DNA of 64,000 nucleotides from Eledone cirrhosa. Taxonomy: Eukaryota. The stretch is from contig OZ024754.1 in the NCBI GenBank assembly GCA_964016885.1, forward strand, positions 33,666,001 to 33,730,000. Direction: 5' to 3'. Below, piece after piece: positions 1 through 14,058 of the stretch. The first letter of the stretch is position 1; each line of letters opens with the position of its first letter. The position numbers were made by a program, and so were the translations under genes. The notes under the pieces were generated by a model. It was not told the DNA's origin. It saw only the letters and a program-made list of their open reading frames with translations, and ran no database searches.

Positions 1-285
1 CAGAGACTTCGAAGTTTCAGATTTGTTGCTTCAGCTTCCTTACATACACACCTAAAAATATCTATTTTACATCATTAAAAAAATTGAATCAGTAAAAAAG
101 AGAATGTTTAGATTATGGTTTATAATATATTTCAACCACTTTTATTCAATAGACTTTCTTGTCATTGTGTAGAAAAACAACAAAATTGTGTTAATGGCAT
201 TACCAATAAAATATTCAATATGTATCAATAATATTTTTCAGATTTTCTCAATAAAACTGTTTGAGAATATAAATATGTTTGGTTT

Positions 286-316
<31 letters not shown>

Positions 317-1146
317 TTATTATTATCATCATCATCACCACCGTTATCACCATCATCACCACCACCATCACCACCACTGCCATCATCATCATCATCATCA
401 TCATAACCATCATCGGCATCATCACAACCACCACCACCGTGTGTGTGTGCATTTTAACTATTAATACCCTACAATGATTGAGTAGAAAACTACAAAAAGC
501 TGATTTGTTAATTCACTTGTTTATGGTGAAGGCACATGGTTTAGTGGTTAGAGCATCAGACAGACAATTGTGAGGTTGTGAGTTCAATTCTCAAACTCTT
601 CATGGGCAACTGCTGGTCTTCCATAAACTACCTTACCCAGGCTTGTGTCTCAGAGGAGACCATTCTTGGTACAAACCTCATCTTCGTTCGTGATCGGAGG
701 GAGTCTTTACTTGTTTATCTTTATTGGTAGACATCGTTATGAAAATTTGCAGTATTAAAGACTTTAATATTTAATGTGATGCAATCTTAGTGGTGCTTTG
801 TACTTTTCATGAATGTCTTGCTCATGTGGTTTCATGTGGTACAGGATGTTAAGAATTAATGAACGAATAAATATTCTTGAGAATGCTATTATTAAAATAA
901 CTAACAATGTTTCACTAGAAAACTGCTATTAAATGTTCTTCATGATAGATTTTCTTAATGAATGAATATTTCATAAGTTTGAAATTAAAACAAAATATGC
1001 TTTTTCTTAAAATTTTATTGGTTAAATTTAAATTTTCTTTTTAAAAGCAAATAAATTTCATTATATATTAAACAGCATACTCTTCATTTATAACTTTTTG
1101 AAATTTACACACTCACACACACACACACATACACTCTCTCTCTCCC

Positions 1147-1179
<33 letters not shown>

Positions 1180-1570
1180 TACACACACACTAACCAGTCA
1201 AGCTCACACAATATGCAAATGAGCATACCTAGCAGATTTTATTCACAAAAAGTATATGAACTATCACTTTTACACTTCCTTTCTCTCATTTTATATCCTT
1301 CTCTGAAAGAAATCTGTGCATTCTGACCTGGAGAGGGTTAGGCTCTACCGAGTTTGAGAATGCCCTAGAAACATTATGTGCCAAAATGGAGTCCCCAATG
1401 ACTCCCTCATGAGTTACGGAACCATACATACATATAAACTATAGCTTATTCTTAGATAAAAACAACAATAGTATCTGGTGATTTCACATGGCTACTGAAA
1501 TAGCTGTGACATGATCACAGCTTTAAATATTCATAAAAACATTTAGGGATTTAGGGATTTATATCATATA

Positions 1571-1810
1571 TCATCATCATCATCATCATTTTACGTACGC
1601 TTTTCCCTGCTTGCAAGGGTACGATGGGCCCTATTCAGCATCTCTCCACTTGTCACGGTCCTTCGTCATCTCCTCTGTGAGCTTCAGCGATCTGAGGTCT
1701 GTTCTCACCACCTCCACCCATGGTTTTTGTGGTTTTCCTCTATTGCATCTTCCTTCTACTGCGATTTCTTGGTACTTCTTTACCCAGCGGTCATGCTCCA
1801 TGCACATCAC
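1571..1810 (-). mobile_element. RTE LINE 3' fragment (short-UTR subfamily)
   Basis: MEHDRWVKKYQEIAVEGRCNRGKPQKPW...RDKWR, then ttgcaagcagggaaaagcgtacgtaaaa(tga)n. Confidence 0.85.
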
Positions 1811-1901
1811 ATATATGTTTATATATATATGTTTATTCAAACATATTGTATATGCCTCCATATGCACTTTTATTATGAATCATACTATGTTAGTGCTGCT
1901 G

Positions 1902-1932
<31 letters not shown>

Positions 1933-2138
1933 CGTCCTGATCAAACCAGTTCAGTTCGAAATGCATCAACGATTGTCCGTTGCTTCTGCTGGATGCAGTC
2001 AGGTGGCAATAGCTGCCGGTATTTTTGCATAGCTACGGCTATCTAAATGTTTATTTATAAACATACCTTATTTCTTTAGAAATACGAAATTCCAATACAT
2101 ATCTATATACAGCTATGCTCGAAGCTAAATTCTATTTC

Positions 2139-2182
<44 letters not shown>

Positions 2183-2836
2183 ATATTTTGGGACGGTCAT
2201 GTTGCCAATAAAAACACATGCACCTGTTAGTTTTCACTTCAATATATTATAAATTTCTGGTTGATTGGTTCAGTAACCGGATGGTTGTTTATATATTTAT
2301 ATATATATATTTATATATATATATAATGAAGGAAATGTGGTAAGGAACCAGATGGACCATAACGCACCAAAGTACTCAATACTTATGGTAGTAGAGTGGG
2401 TAATAGGAACAAGTAGGAACCCGACGGCTGAGCTCAAGCCATTTCGACGGCTAATTTAGTTCAGAATTAGCCGTCGAAACGGCTTGAGCTCAGCCGTCGG
2501 GGTCCTACTTGTTCCTATATATATATATATATATATAAAAACAACCATCCGATTATTGAACCAAATAACCAGAAATTTATAATAAATTGAAGTGAAAGCC
2601 AACAGGTGCATGTGTTTTTATTGGCAGCATGACCCTCCCAAAGTATAACAATATCTGTTTCAACACACGTTTTCAGATAAGAAATCTTGCAAAACAAATT
2701 AAAGGACAAAGTATATATATATATATATTCATATATATACATATATTCATATATATACATATATATATTCATATATATATGTATATATATATATGTATAT
2801 ATATGTATATGTATATATATATATGTGTATGTATAT

Positions 2837-2889
<53 letters not shown>

Positions 2890-3371
2890 AATTCACCCAG
2901 CTTATGCTGACCGGACAACCATGTTGCTTGTTTTTTTCCTATCTTCGGTTTGCTTTTATCCTTCTATGTTGTTTACTAGTCTCACTCACTTTACGCGACT
3001 CACTTGTCCCAATAGCTTTTTTTAGTTATTGCTCGCACCAACCTGAGGTATATGATTTTTAATGCGATGAAATACCAATGATGGTTGGCAAATCACTGAC
3101 GAGGGACTAATTTTATAATATGTAACCCATGTGCAACCATGCAGTATTCCTCTTTCTTCTCATGTTTTTTATATATATATATATATATATATATTTCTGA
3201 AGACAGCATACATATGTGAAGGGATGTATATTTGATAGTTTGTAAAATTTTTACATAGATCTATATGATATACATACCAACACACATATATATCCAAGAA
3301 ACGATCGTAAAATGATGAATTTTTTAATATAAGGAACTTGTTCTTTGTTTGTATTCATTGTTTTTATTAAT

Positions 3372-3403
<32 letters not shown>

Positions 3404-4850
3404 CTGTATATATATATATATAATATATATATATATATTGTATTTTGTCTGATGAAAACATACCATAATTTAACATGGTAACTTTGAAATATGTATAATA
3501 AAATAGATATGGTTTTATAAATATAGTTTCCATTTGTTAATATCGTATATATATACATATATATATATATACATATATTATACAACAATATTAATCATAT
3601 ATTGTAATACATATGACAGGGTACAAAAGTAATCAGAATATAAAAATATTATTTTAATGCAATGCAATATTTATATATTTCGATTAGTTGTATACCTGTC
3701 TTATGTAATAGTATATATAATTAATTGTTTCTACTTTAGGCACCCAGTACACCACTGGTACTTTATTTTATCGACCCCGTAAGGATGAAAGGCAAAGTTA
3801 ACCTCTGCGGGATTTGAACTCAGACCGTAAAGGGGCGTAACTCAGACCGTAAAGGGGCGTAACTCTAGGCTGCAAAGCATGGCGTCCAACCCTCTACCGA
3901 TACTGCCAATTCACCGCCCTTACTATATATAATTAATAGTGTTTCTCTCATATTTTTGCATCAGTGAGTTCTGGGATGGGTTTTTTTGGATCTTATTTCT
4001 ATCAAGCTCTTTACAGAATAATGAAATTGAGACGTTTTTATTACGATTCAGTTTATATATATATGTATATATATATTTATATATTTATATATGCATTATA
4101 AATACATATATATATACATATATACATATATATATCATCATCATCATTTTATGTCCGCTTTTCCTTGCTTGCAAGGGTGGGATGGGAACTCATTCTGGCT
4201 TGATTTCTACAGCTGGATGCCCTTCCTAACACCAACCTCATTTGCTGGGTGCTTTGTGCCAACCACTTTGCAGTGGAATGATAAGGACTCCAGTCCCTAT
4301 CATCTCATTTCTACAGCTGAGTAAACTGGAGCAATGTGAAATAAAGTGTCTGAGAATTGAACTCACAACCTTTCGATTGCAAGCCCAATGCTCTAACCAC
4401 TAAGCCATGTGCCTCCATATATATATATTTATATATATATATAAAATAAATCGAATCTACTATGTCGTTTGCTTTGTTGTTTGTGTTTACATTTTACATA
4501 TATATATATATATGTGTATATATATATGTGTGTGTGTGTGTGTATATAAATATATATGCATGTATATGTATGTATATATAAATATATATGTATGTATATG
4601 TATGTATATATATATATATGTATATGTATGTATGTATATATATATATATGTATGTATATACGATGTATGTATATATGTATGTATATACGATGTATGTATA
4701 TATGTATATATATGTATATATATATGTATGTATATATATATGTGTATATATATATATATGTATGTATATATATATATATATGTATGTATATATATATATG
4801 TATGTATATATATATATGTATATACGTGTGTGTATATGTGTGTGTGTGCA

Positions 4851-4893
<43 letters not shown>

Positions 4894-5072
4894 TTCTTTT
4901 AACTGTGCATCTCTTGTATAAATAATATAAACATTGTGTTTCAGATATTACATTTATCCATACAAAGGAAACAAATTGGTGAAAATGTTTTCTTTGAAAT
5001 AGTCTTTATTGAATTCTGTTACAATTCTGATTACCTTAATATATAATTGTAGTGGAATTCTTACTAGAATTA

Positions 5073-6494
5073 CCGTATATACTCATAGATAAGCCAAGAA
5101 ATATCTGACAAAATATCGATGGTAGAAGGGGGTAGGGTCAGCTTATATTAGGGGTCAATATTTTGTAGAATTTCACCAACTTCAAAATTCAATGTTAATG
5201 AGGTGCTAAAATATTTCCACTTTGGAGGTAAATATTACACCTGTTTCACTTTGTAGGTGAATATTTCACCTGTTTCACTTTGTAGGTGAATATTACACCA
5301 GTTTCCCTTTGGAGGTAAATATTACACCTGTTTCACTTTGGCAGCGAATATTACACTTGGTTTCACTTTGGAGGTGAATATTACACCTGTTTCACTTTGG
5401 AGGTGAATATTACACGGGTTTTATTTTGAAGATGAATATTACACCAATATCACTTTGGAGGTAAATATTACACCGGTTTCACTTTGGAGATGAATATTAC
5501 ACCAGTTTCACTTTGGAGGTAAATATTACACCGGTTTCACTTTGGAGGTAAATATTACACCTGTTTCACTTTGAAGGTAAATGTTACACCGGTTTCACTT
5601 TGGAGGTAAATATTACACCAGTTTCACTTTGGAGGTGAATATTACACCAGTTTCATTTTGGAGGTAAATATTATACCTGTTTCACTTTGGAGGTAAATAT
5701 TACACGGGTTTTACTTTGTAGGTAAATATTTCGCTGGTTTCACTTTGGAGGTAAATATTTCGCTGGTTTCACTTTGGAGGTAAATATTTCGCTGGTTTCA
5801 CTTTGGAGGTGAATATTACATCAGCTTGTGCTATCTTTAAGCCAACTAGGCAGACACCTAATTTCAAAGGGCACATTACTGAACCTTAAAGGATCCCAGT
5901 ATTATATAAATTTGCATAATTAAATTAAATATATAATTATTTCCTGCAATCATTGAATTAATCAGTAAACCACTTAATAACAGCATTGTGAAAATATCTA
6001 ACGTCGTGGGGAGGGTCGTATGGTATTATGGTGGGTCATGTGATATAACCTGTCATATGAATTGGTGTGGAGGAGTGTGGACTGCCTAGTGGAAAATGCA
6101 TTCAGAGCAAAAAGTGTTAAAACTGAAGTTCATTAGCTTACCACACCGTGAGTTAAGATTAAATTTCTGTATCTGTCGACTTATTGGACACATTTTTTTT
6201 CAAAACAAACATATAACAGATCTTCCCTGTATGCAATATGTCAAATGGAAGGTGAAGACAACCATGGTTAAAATAATATAATTTGTATTACTATTAGTAT
6301 TAGTAATACAGTAATACAATGCAATTTATATAAGTAAAATGATGTCACACTTATATAAAAGTTTCTGAAAAAACAATGAGATAATTTTTAATAAATTTAC
6401 GAAGAAATGTACTAAGATTATTTTTTATCTCAAAATGTCCTTGTAAAACCAGGTGTGTTATACAAAGGGGCATCCAATAGGCCAGCAAATACAG
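5073..6494. mobile_element. Putative Tc2/pogo-like non-autonomous element containing a 29-bp minisatellite
   Basis: TA|CCGTATATAC... and ...GCCAGCAAATACAG|TA imperfect termini; the right end matches 50786-50803. Confidence 0.5.
5205..5820. repeat. 29-bp minisatellite TTTCACTTTGGAGGTAAATATTACACCTG, ~21 units
   Basis: Direct periodicity. Confidence 0.95.
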
Positions 6495-6694
6495 TATTTG
6501 AGAGAAGCGGTGCACATTTTAGGACTAACTTAGGGTGCTAGATACCCAGGTGAAGGCACTGGAGCCATATATAGTTTTTATTGTATTCAAAATATTGTCG
6601 GTAACTTTGCATAAGTTATTCTATATTTATGTTTTAGTTATCATTTCATTGAGATATCATGTATATTAGTCACAAATAACCTTCCTTCTGGCAG

Positions 6695-6745
6695 GCTGGC
6701 TAAAAGTAGTTGATAGCTTCTGTTACCTAGCTGATCTGATTAGCA
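6695..6745 (+). pseudogene. Tiny internal RTE fragment
   Basis: GWLKVVDSFCYLADLIS versus ETVDSFCYLGDRIS in the intact RTE. Confidence 0.5.
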
Positions 6746-6883
6746 TTCTTATCAATCTTACTGTCAGTATAGAGGGTCTTTGGAAGAGACAGGGTACAAA
6801 GAGGGTTAATATTTGTTATCACTGACTGGTCATATTTATCTTGGCAAGGTTATGGTATTTATTCTTCTATAATGTCACTTTTA

Positions 6884-7762
6884 CCACCACCACCTCCTCC
6901 TCCTCTTTCACCTCCTCCTCCTCTTCTCCTTCACCTACTCTTCACCACCTTTTCCTCCTTTCCTCTTCTTCTTCACCTTCCCCCTCCTCCTCCTTCACCA
7001 CCTTGTCCTCCTCCTTCATCCCTTCCCCCTCCTTCACCTTCCCTACCTCCTCCTTTTTCACCTTCCTCACTTTCTTTTTCACCTTCTTCACTACCACTAC
7101 CCTACCCACACACCCGACCACTACTACCATGACCCACACCCCACACCCTACCCCCACCCCCACCACACCCCACCCCACCACTACCGCCACCACACACCTT
7201 ATCAATACCACCAACACACTGCACCACACACCCCACCACTACCCTTGCCCTAACCCTAAACACTATCACCATAACTACTACCACCACACACCCCACCACT
7301 ACCACCATTACCACACACCACCATACCCCCTACACCATATGCCCCCCACAACCGACACCCCCACCACCATTACTACCGTCACCCCAAATCCCAACCCGCA
7401 CACCCCCACCACCACCACCATTACTACTGCCACCACACATCCCATCCACCCCACCCCACGCCACCCCCATGTCCTCACCCCACACCCCCAACACCACCAC
7501 CATTACTACTGCCACCACACATCCCATCCACCCCCACCCCCACCCCACCCCCATGTCCTCACCCCACACCCCCAACACCACCACCATTACTACTGCCACC
7601 ACACATCCCATCCACCCCACCCCCACCCCACCCCCATGTCCTCACCCCACACCACCAACACCACCACCATTACTACTGCCACCACACATCCCATCCACCC
7701 TCACCCCACACCCCACGCCCTCACCCACACCCCCAACACCACCACCACCACCACCACCATCA
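6884..7762. repeat. CCT / CAC-rich low-complexity region
   Basis: Direct reading, with internal ~80-bp reiterations. Confidence 0.9.
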
Positions 7763-7985
7763 CTTTTGTTGAAATATGTTCTAACACATTAATGAAATTA
7801 TGTTAAGAAATCTTAAATGGTTATTTAAATTATCACCATGGTGATAGTGAATAATAATTTTCTTCTAAAATATTATTTAAATTTGTGTAATTTAATAATT
7901 TATCAAATGTTAAATGGTAGAAATTAAATAGAAATATCATTGGAGGAACTTTACCGACATCAATTCTGCTAACAAAACTAAATAA

Positions 7986-8337
7986 TTCCTTCTTCTTCTT
8001 CTTCTTCTTCTTCTTCTTCTTCTTCTTCTTCTTCTTCTTCTTCTTCTTCTTCTTCTTCTTCTTCTCCTTCTTTTTCTTCTTCTTCTTCTTCTTTTTCTTC
8101 TTCTTCTTCTTCTTCTTCTTCTTCTTCTTCTTCTTCTTCTTCTTCTTCTCCTTCTCCTCCTCCTTCTTCTTCTTCTTCAGCTTCAGCTTCTCCTTCTTCT
8201 TCTTCTTTACCTTCTTCTTTTTCTTCTTCTTCACATTTTCTTCTTTTTCACCTTCCTCTTCTTATTCTTCTTCTTCTTCTTCTTCTTCACCTTCTTCTTC
8301 TTCACCTTCTTCCTCTTCTTCTTCTTCTTCCTCTTCC

Positions 8338-8381
<44 letters not shown>

Positions 8382-8515
8382 ACCTTCTTCTTCTTTTTCA
8401 CCTTCTTCTTCTTCTTCTTCTTCTTCTTCTTTCTCACCTTCTTCTTCTTCTTCACCTTCTTCTTCTTCTTCTTTGCCTTCTTCTTCTCTGCCTTCTTCTT
8501 CACCTTCTTCTTCTC
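7986..8515. repeat. (TTC)n / (GAA)n tract
   Basis: Direct reading. Confidence 0.97.
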
Positions 8516-9715
8516 AGTCTACAATGTAGTTGCTTTGGTCACATGACAAAAAGAGCCTAGGCCACACTGTAAAGTTGTTATGTTAGTGCCACAACAAAAA
8601 AGTGTCAAGCCCACATTTGTAAAGTGGTTGCTTTGGTGCCATGATAAAAGGCACCCAGCCCACACTGTAAATATGGTTGGCATTTGGAAAGGCATTCAGC
8701 TGTAAAAATCAAGACAAAAACGGTTCTGTATAAGCAAGACTCAGTCATCTGACCTGACTTGTCTCATAACAGAACAACTTGTCTAACCCATGCTAGCATG
8801 GAAAAATGGATGATGATGATGATGGTACTTTTCTACACCATTTCCATCTACCGAATTTCATTGACAAGACATTGATCAACCAAAAGCTATAGTAGAAGAC
8901 AGTTGTCCAAGATTCTATTCAACAGGACTGAACCCAAAACCATTTGACTGTGGAGGGAACTCCTTAACCACCACACAGTCATGCCTGTACCTACATCATT
9001 CATTATTGAATAAAAGCCCTGGGTATTATATTACCAGTAATACGCAGGTCTTTTATTCAATAATGGCGGTGGATTGGCAGTATTGGTAAAGGGTCGGACG
9101 CCATGCTTTGACGTATAGAGTTATGGCTCTTTCCATTCTGAGTTCAAATCTCGCCGAGGTTAACTTTGCCTTTCATCCTTACGGGGTCAATAAAATAAAG
9201 TACCAGTAATGCACTGGGTAATTGCTGGCCTTGTGCCAAAATGTAGAAACAATTATATTACCAGTAATATTCGGGGGGCTTGTTTCATTTAGTTACATAT
9301 TTTACTTCTATTTAATTTTAATGAACTTTTGAAATAAAATCAGCAATATTTAATCATTTCCAAAGTATATGAATTGTTAGAATATAATTATGTCTGTGAT
9401 TAGTGAAGGAAGCCTGGAGGTCTTATTCATTATCATAGTAATATTCTTATTCTTATCTTAAGACAATTATCCTCAATAAGGAGGAACTAATAATAATAAT
9501 ATTATTGTTATTATTATTATTATTATTATTATAAATCCGTCAGAAGAGAAAATTAAAATATTATCTTAGACATACTGAGATGCGGAAACCTCTAGATTTA
9601 CTGAAGGGTAGGTGACAAGGTCATATGGAATCTGATTCACATTGAGGCCAAAAACTAGTCTTTGAAAATTAATTATTTCCCAAGAAGATATTGTTACACA
9701 TTATATGTAAATAAT

Positions 9716-9904
9716 GGGCGGTGGATTGGCAGTATCGGTAGAGGGTCAGACGCCATGCTTTCCAGCATAGTTACGTCCCTTTACGATCTGAGTTCAAATC
9801 CCGCCGAGGTTGACTTTGCCTTTCATCCTTACGGGGTCGATAAAATAAAGTACCAGTAATGCACTGGGTAATTGCTGGCCTTGTGCCTAAAGTAGAAACA
9901 ATTA
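9716..9904 (+). mobile_element. tRNA-derived SINE with Nin/Deu-type core (representative; ~30 full or partial copies in window)
   Basis: A box TGGCAGTATCGG, B box GAGTTCAAATCC, core GCCTTTCATCCTTACGGGGTCGATAAAATAAAGTACC, ATT tail. Other + copies near 9065, 10767, 11228, 11418, 22325, 26116, 39298, 42459, 43186, 46510, 48044, 48271 and 62642; - copies near 3724, 26378, 28127, 29383, 30391, 39638, 39826, 40055, 48677 and 49866. Confidence 0.9.
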
Positions 9905-10004
9905 TATGTAAGTAATTGTGTGTTTACTTCAAAGTTTCGCAGCTCTTGTGTTAATACCTTAGTAAAGTAACGTCTCATATTGTTATTTTTTTTTTCATTT
10001 TGTC

Positions 10005-10038
<34 letters not shown>

Positions 10039-10933
10039 TTTATATCTGCTTTCCATACTGGACTTAGGATCATAATGTCATGAGTTCAATCCCTGGGCTG
10101 GCTTGTGTGTTGCGTTCTTGAGAAAAACACTTCATTTCACATTGCTCCAGTATAGTCAGCTGAAAATAAATACCAGCAATAGCTGGTAACAGTGTTGGTC
10201 TTATAATCATAATGTCATGAGTTCAATTCCTGGGCTGGCTTGTGTGTTGTTGTGTTCTTGAGCAAAACACTTCATTTGATGTTGCTCCAGTGTAGTCAGC
10301 TGAAAATCAGTACCAGCAATAGCTGGGGGTTTAACCCTGAGATAGACTAGCATCTTGTCCAGGGGGAAGACTTGTACTCTCAGTCGCTTCATGCCGCAAA
10401 ACCGGGATAAGACCAGATAAACACAGATATATATACATATATGTGTTCAAATCATCAGGGACCAGATTCACTAGGGTAAAAAAGATACTAACTATGGACA
10501 ATAGGGTTTGCCAGACTCAATTTAAGAATAAATCAAGAAAATAAATACAAACCAGAATTGTGGTAACTACCATATATATATATTGATTTTTAATGCAATG
10601 AAATACCTATGACCGTTGGTAAATCACTGATGAGGGACTCATTTTATAACATGTTATCCATGTGCAACCATGCAGTATTCTTCTCCCCATTTTTTTATAT
10701 ATATATATATATATGGAGGAGGTTATAGTTCACTTGAAGCATTGTGTAATGAGGTATAAACGTTTGTATCGGTAGAAGGTCGGACGCCATGCTTTCCAGC
10801 ATAGTTACGTCCCTTAACGATCTGAGTTCAAATCCCGCCGAGGTTGACTTTGCCTTTCATCCTTACGGGGTCGATAAAATAAAGTACTGGGAAATTGCTG
10901 GCCTTGTGCCTAAAGTAGAAACAATTATATATA

Positions 10934-12307
10934 CTAGCAGAAATACCACCCTTTGGGTGGTTTTCTGCTAGCATGTGTAGTGTGTAGATATTATACACAA
11001 GTATATATGCATGTAGATATGATACATCAAATAAAATCATAATTGACAATATACACAGAAATTGAATGAAGACGTTGTTACACTCTCTTATGTAATCAGT
11101 AACGTAATCCATGATACATTAAAAAAGACAATATTATATATAAACTGCATTAGGAGAAAATTAGTGACAGAAATATATGAATATTTATTTAACCCTTTAG
11201 CATTCACATTACTCTATATATACTAAAGGGCAGTGGATTGGCAGTATCAGTAGAGGGTTGGACGCCATGCTTGAAGCATAGTTACCTCCCTTTATGATCT
11301 GAGTTCAAATCCCGCCGAGGTTAACTTTGCCTTTCATCCTTACGGGGTCGATAAAATAAAGTACCAGTAATGTACTGGGTAATTGCTGGCCTTGTGCCAA
11401 AAGTAGAAACAATTATAGGGCGGTGGATTGGCAGTATCAGTAGAGGGTCGGACGCCATGCTTTCCAGCATAGTTACGTCCCTTTACGATCTGAGTTCAAA
11501 TCCCGTCGAGGTTGACTTTGCCTTTCATCCTTACGGGGTCGATAAAATAAAGTACCAGTAATGTACTGGGTAATTGCTGGCCTTGTGCCTAAAGTAGAAA
11601 CAATTACTCTATATATACTATTATATTTTCATGGTAAATGCTTTATCTCACATAATATCGAATCTATGAGATTTTGACAGTATTTATTTTGAGAACAATA
11701 CCTTAACATCAGTTTGAGTGACCAGTTACAGCCAGTTTCAATACAAAAAAGTAGAGAATTCTGGCCGGTTTTGGCCGGTTTGAACATTAAAGGGTTAAGC
11801 GACCGCTAACCAGAAATGTTGACATTTGAATATTTTAAAGAAGTGAATCTTTAAATAAGTAATAAAATATATTTAATGAACAGCCACGAAATTTAGTAGA
11901 TAAATTATGTAATATTCATTCATTATTTATTCAAATCCCGCCGAGATTAACTTTGCCTTTCATCCTTCCAGGATCGATAGAATAAAGTACCAGTAATACA
12001 CTGGGTAATTGCTGGCCTTGTGCCTAACGTAGAAACAATTATTTATTCAAAGTTCGAGTTTGAATAAATAATGAATAGAGTTACCTCCCTGTATGATCTG
12101 AGTTCAAATCCCGCCGAGGTTAACTTTGCCTTTCATCCTTCCAGGATCGATAGAATAAAGTACCAGTAATGCACTGGGTAATTGCTGGCCTTGTGACTAA
12201 CATAGAAACAATTATTTATTCAAAGTAATCCAACTTATTTTACTAATGGGATAAAAAAATTATAAACCATACGCAGTCCTGCACTCCTTACTTTATTATA
12301 GTTTAGA
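10934..12307 (-). mobile_element. Non-autonomous Helitron with nested insertions
   Basis: Minus strand starts A|TCTAAACTATAATAAAAG and ends with hairpin CCACCCAAAGGGTGG then CTAG|T; no TSD. Body repeated at 62275-62640. Confidence 0.75.
11193..11794 (-). mobile_element. piggyBac-type MITE interrupted by a SINE dimer
   Basis: TTAA|CCCTTTAGCATT ... ATTAAAGGG|TTAA. Confidence 0.85.
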
Positions 12308-12320
12308 TATACATATGTAA

Positions 12321-12494
12321 ACCCACACTGTAAATGTGGTTGGTGTTAGGAAGGGCATCCAACTGTAGAAAACCCGCCAGACAGTCCTATGCGAGCAAGA
12401 CAACCACTCTTGCCTCAAGTGGGAAAACCCCCGTCCAAACCCATGCAAGCGTGGAACACGGACGCTAAACCTGATGATGATGATGATGATGATA
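12321..12494 (+). mobile_element. RTE 3' tail copy
   Basis: Essentially identical to 33217-33392. Confidence 0.85.
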
Positions 12495-12994
12495 TATATA
12501 TATTTATTAAAATAACAGATTAAAGTTTAAGCAAGGACTTGTTGCTTTCACCCTTTATTATTACATATACATATATATATGTATATTATATATATATATA
12601 TATGTGTGTGTGTGTATATATATGTGTGTGTGTATATATATATGTATGTATATTATATATATATATGTATGTATATTATACATATATATGTATATTATAT
12701 ATATTATATATATATATGTATGTATATTATATATATATTATATATATATATATGTATATTATATATATATTATATATATATATGTATATTATATATATAT
12801 ATATGTATATTATATATATCATCATCATCATCATCATTTTACGTCCGCTTTTCCCTGCTTATATTATATATATATATAATATACATATATATATATAATA
12901 TATATATATATAATATATATAATATATATATATATATAATATGTTTATTATATATATATATTTTATATACATATATGTATATTATATATATACA

Positions 12995-13063
<69 letters not shown>

Positions 13064-13445
13064 AAATAATCGAGTATCGGAAAATCAGCTCACGAATTTA
13101 CGATAAACAAAATCCGACATGAGTGGCAGAGGGCTCAATAATTCAGATAAATCAGAGCTATAACTATCGTTAAGATACCAACACACAAAGATCATGCCTA
13201 AAATCACCCGTGCAGCCGAAAAATAACGACCAGGAAGATTCGGGTCACTCAGATAAAATATCAATAAATCAATAATTCATATGAATGTAAAAACTATATA
13301 TATATATATATATATGTATATTATATATATATGTATATTATATATATATATGTATATTATATATATATGTATATTATATATATATATGTATATTATATAT
13401 ATATATGTATATTATATATATATATGTATATTATATATATATATG

Positions 13446-13511
<66 letters not shown>

Positions 13512-13694
13512 CATATATATATAATATACATATATATAATATACATATATATATATATAATATATACTGTATATATATATAACGTACATATATGTATATA
13601 AAATATTAAGGATACTGTCGAGATAACATATAGATATCTGGCCGTGATATTTCATCATTATATATCATTACCTTTATTCTATATGTGGTATATT

Positions 13695-13740
<46 letters not shown>

Positions 13741-13837
13741 ATATAATATATAAAAATATATCACAAATATACCACATTTATTCTATATGTGGTATATTTG
13801 TATATATTATATTATATTATATTATATTATATTATAT

Positions 13838-13897
<60 letters not shown>

Positions 13898-13915
13898 ATA
13901 TATATATATATATTG

Positions 13916-13946
<31 letters not shown>

Positions 13947-14018
13947 ATATAATATATACAAATATATCACAAATATACCACATTTATTCTATATGTGGTA
14001 TATTTGTATATATTATAT

Positions 14019-14058
<40 letters not shown>

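Noticed and set aside
3054-3170. CTGACGA/CTGATGA repeat (also 10585-10700) as a permuted hammerhead
   Set aside because: The repeat is real, but I could not build consistent helices around the core.
5205-5820. 29-bp repeat as a CRISPR or iteron array
   Set aside because: Head-to-tail minisatellite without spacers.
6841-8503. Pro/Thr/His-rich and poly-Lys ORFs
   Set aside because: Translations of CAC/CCT and TTC microsatellites.
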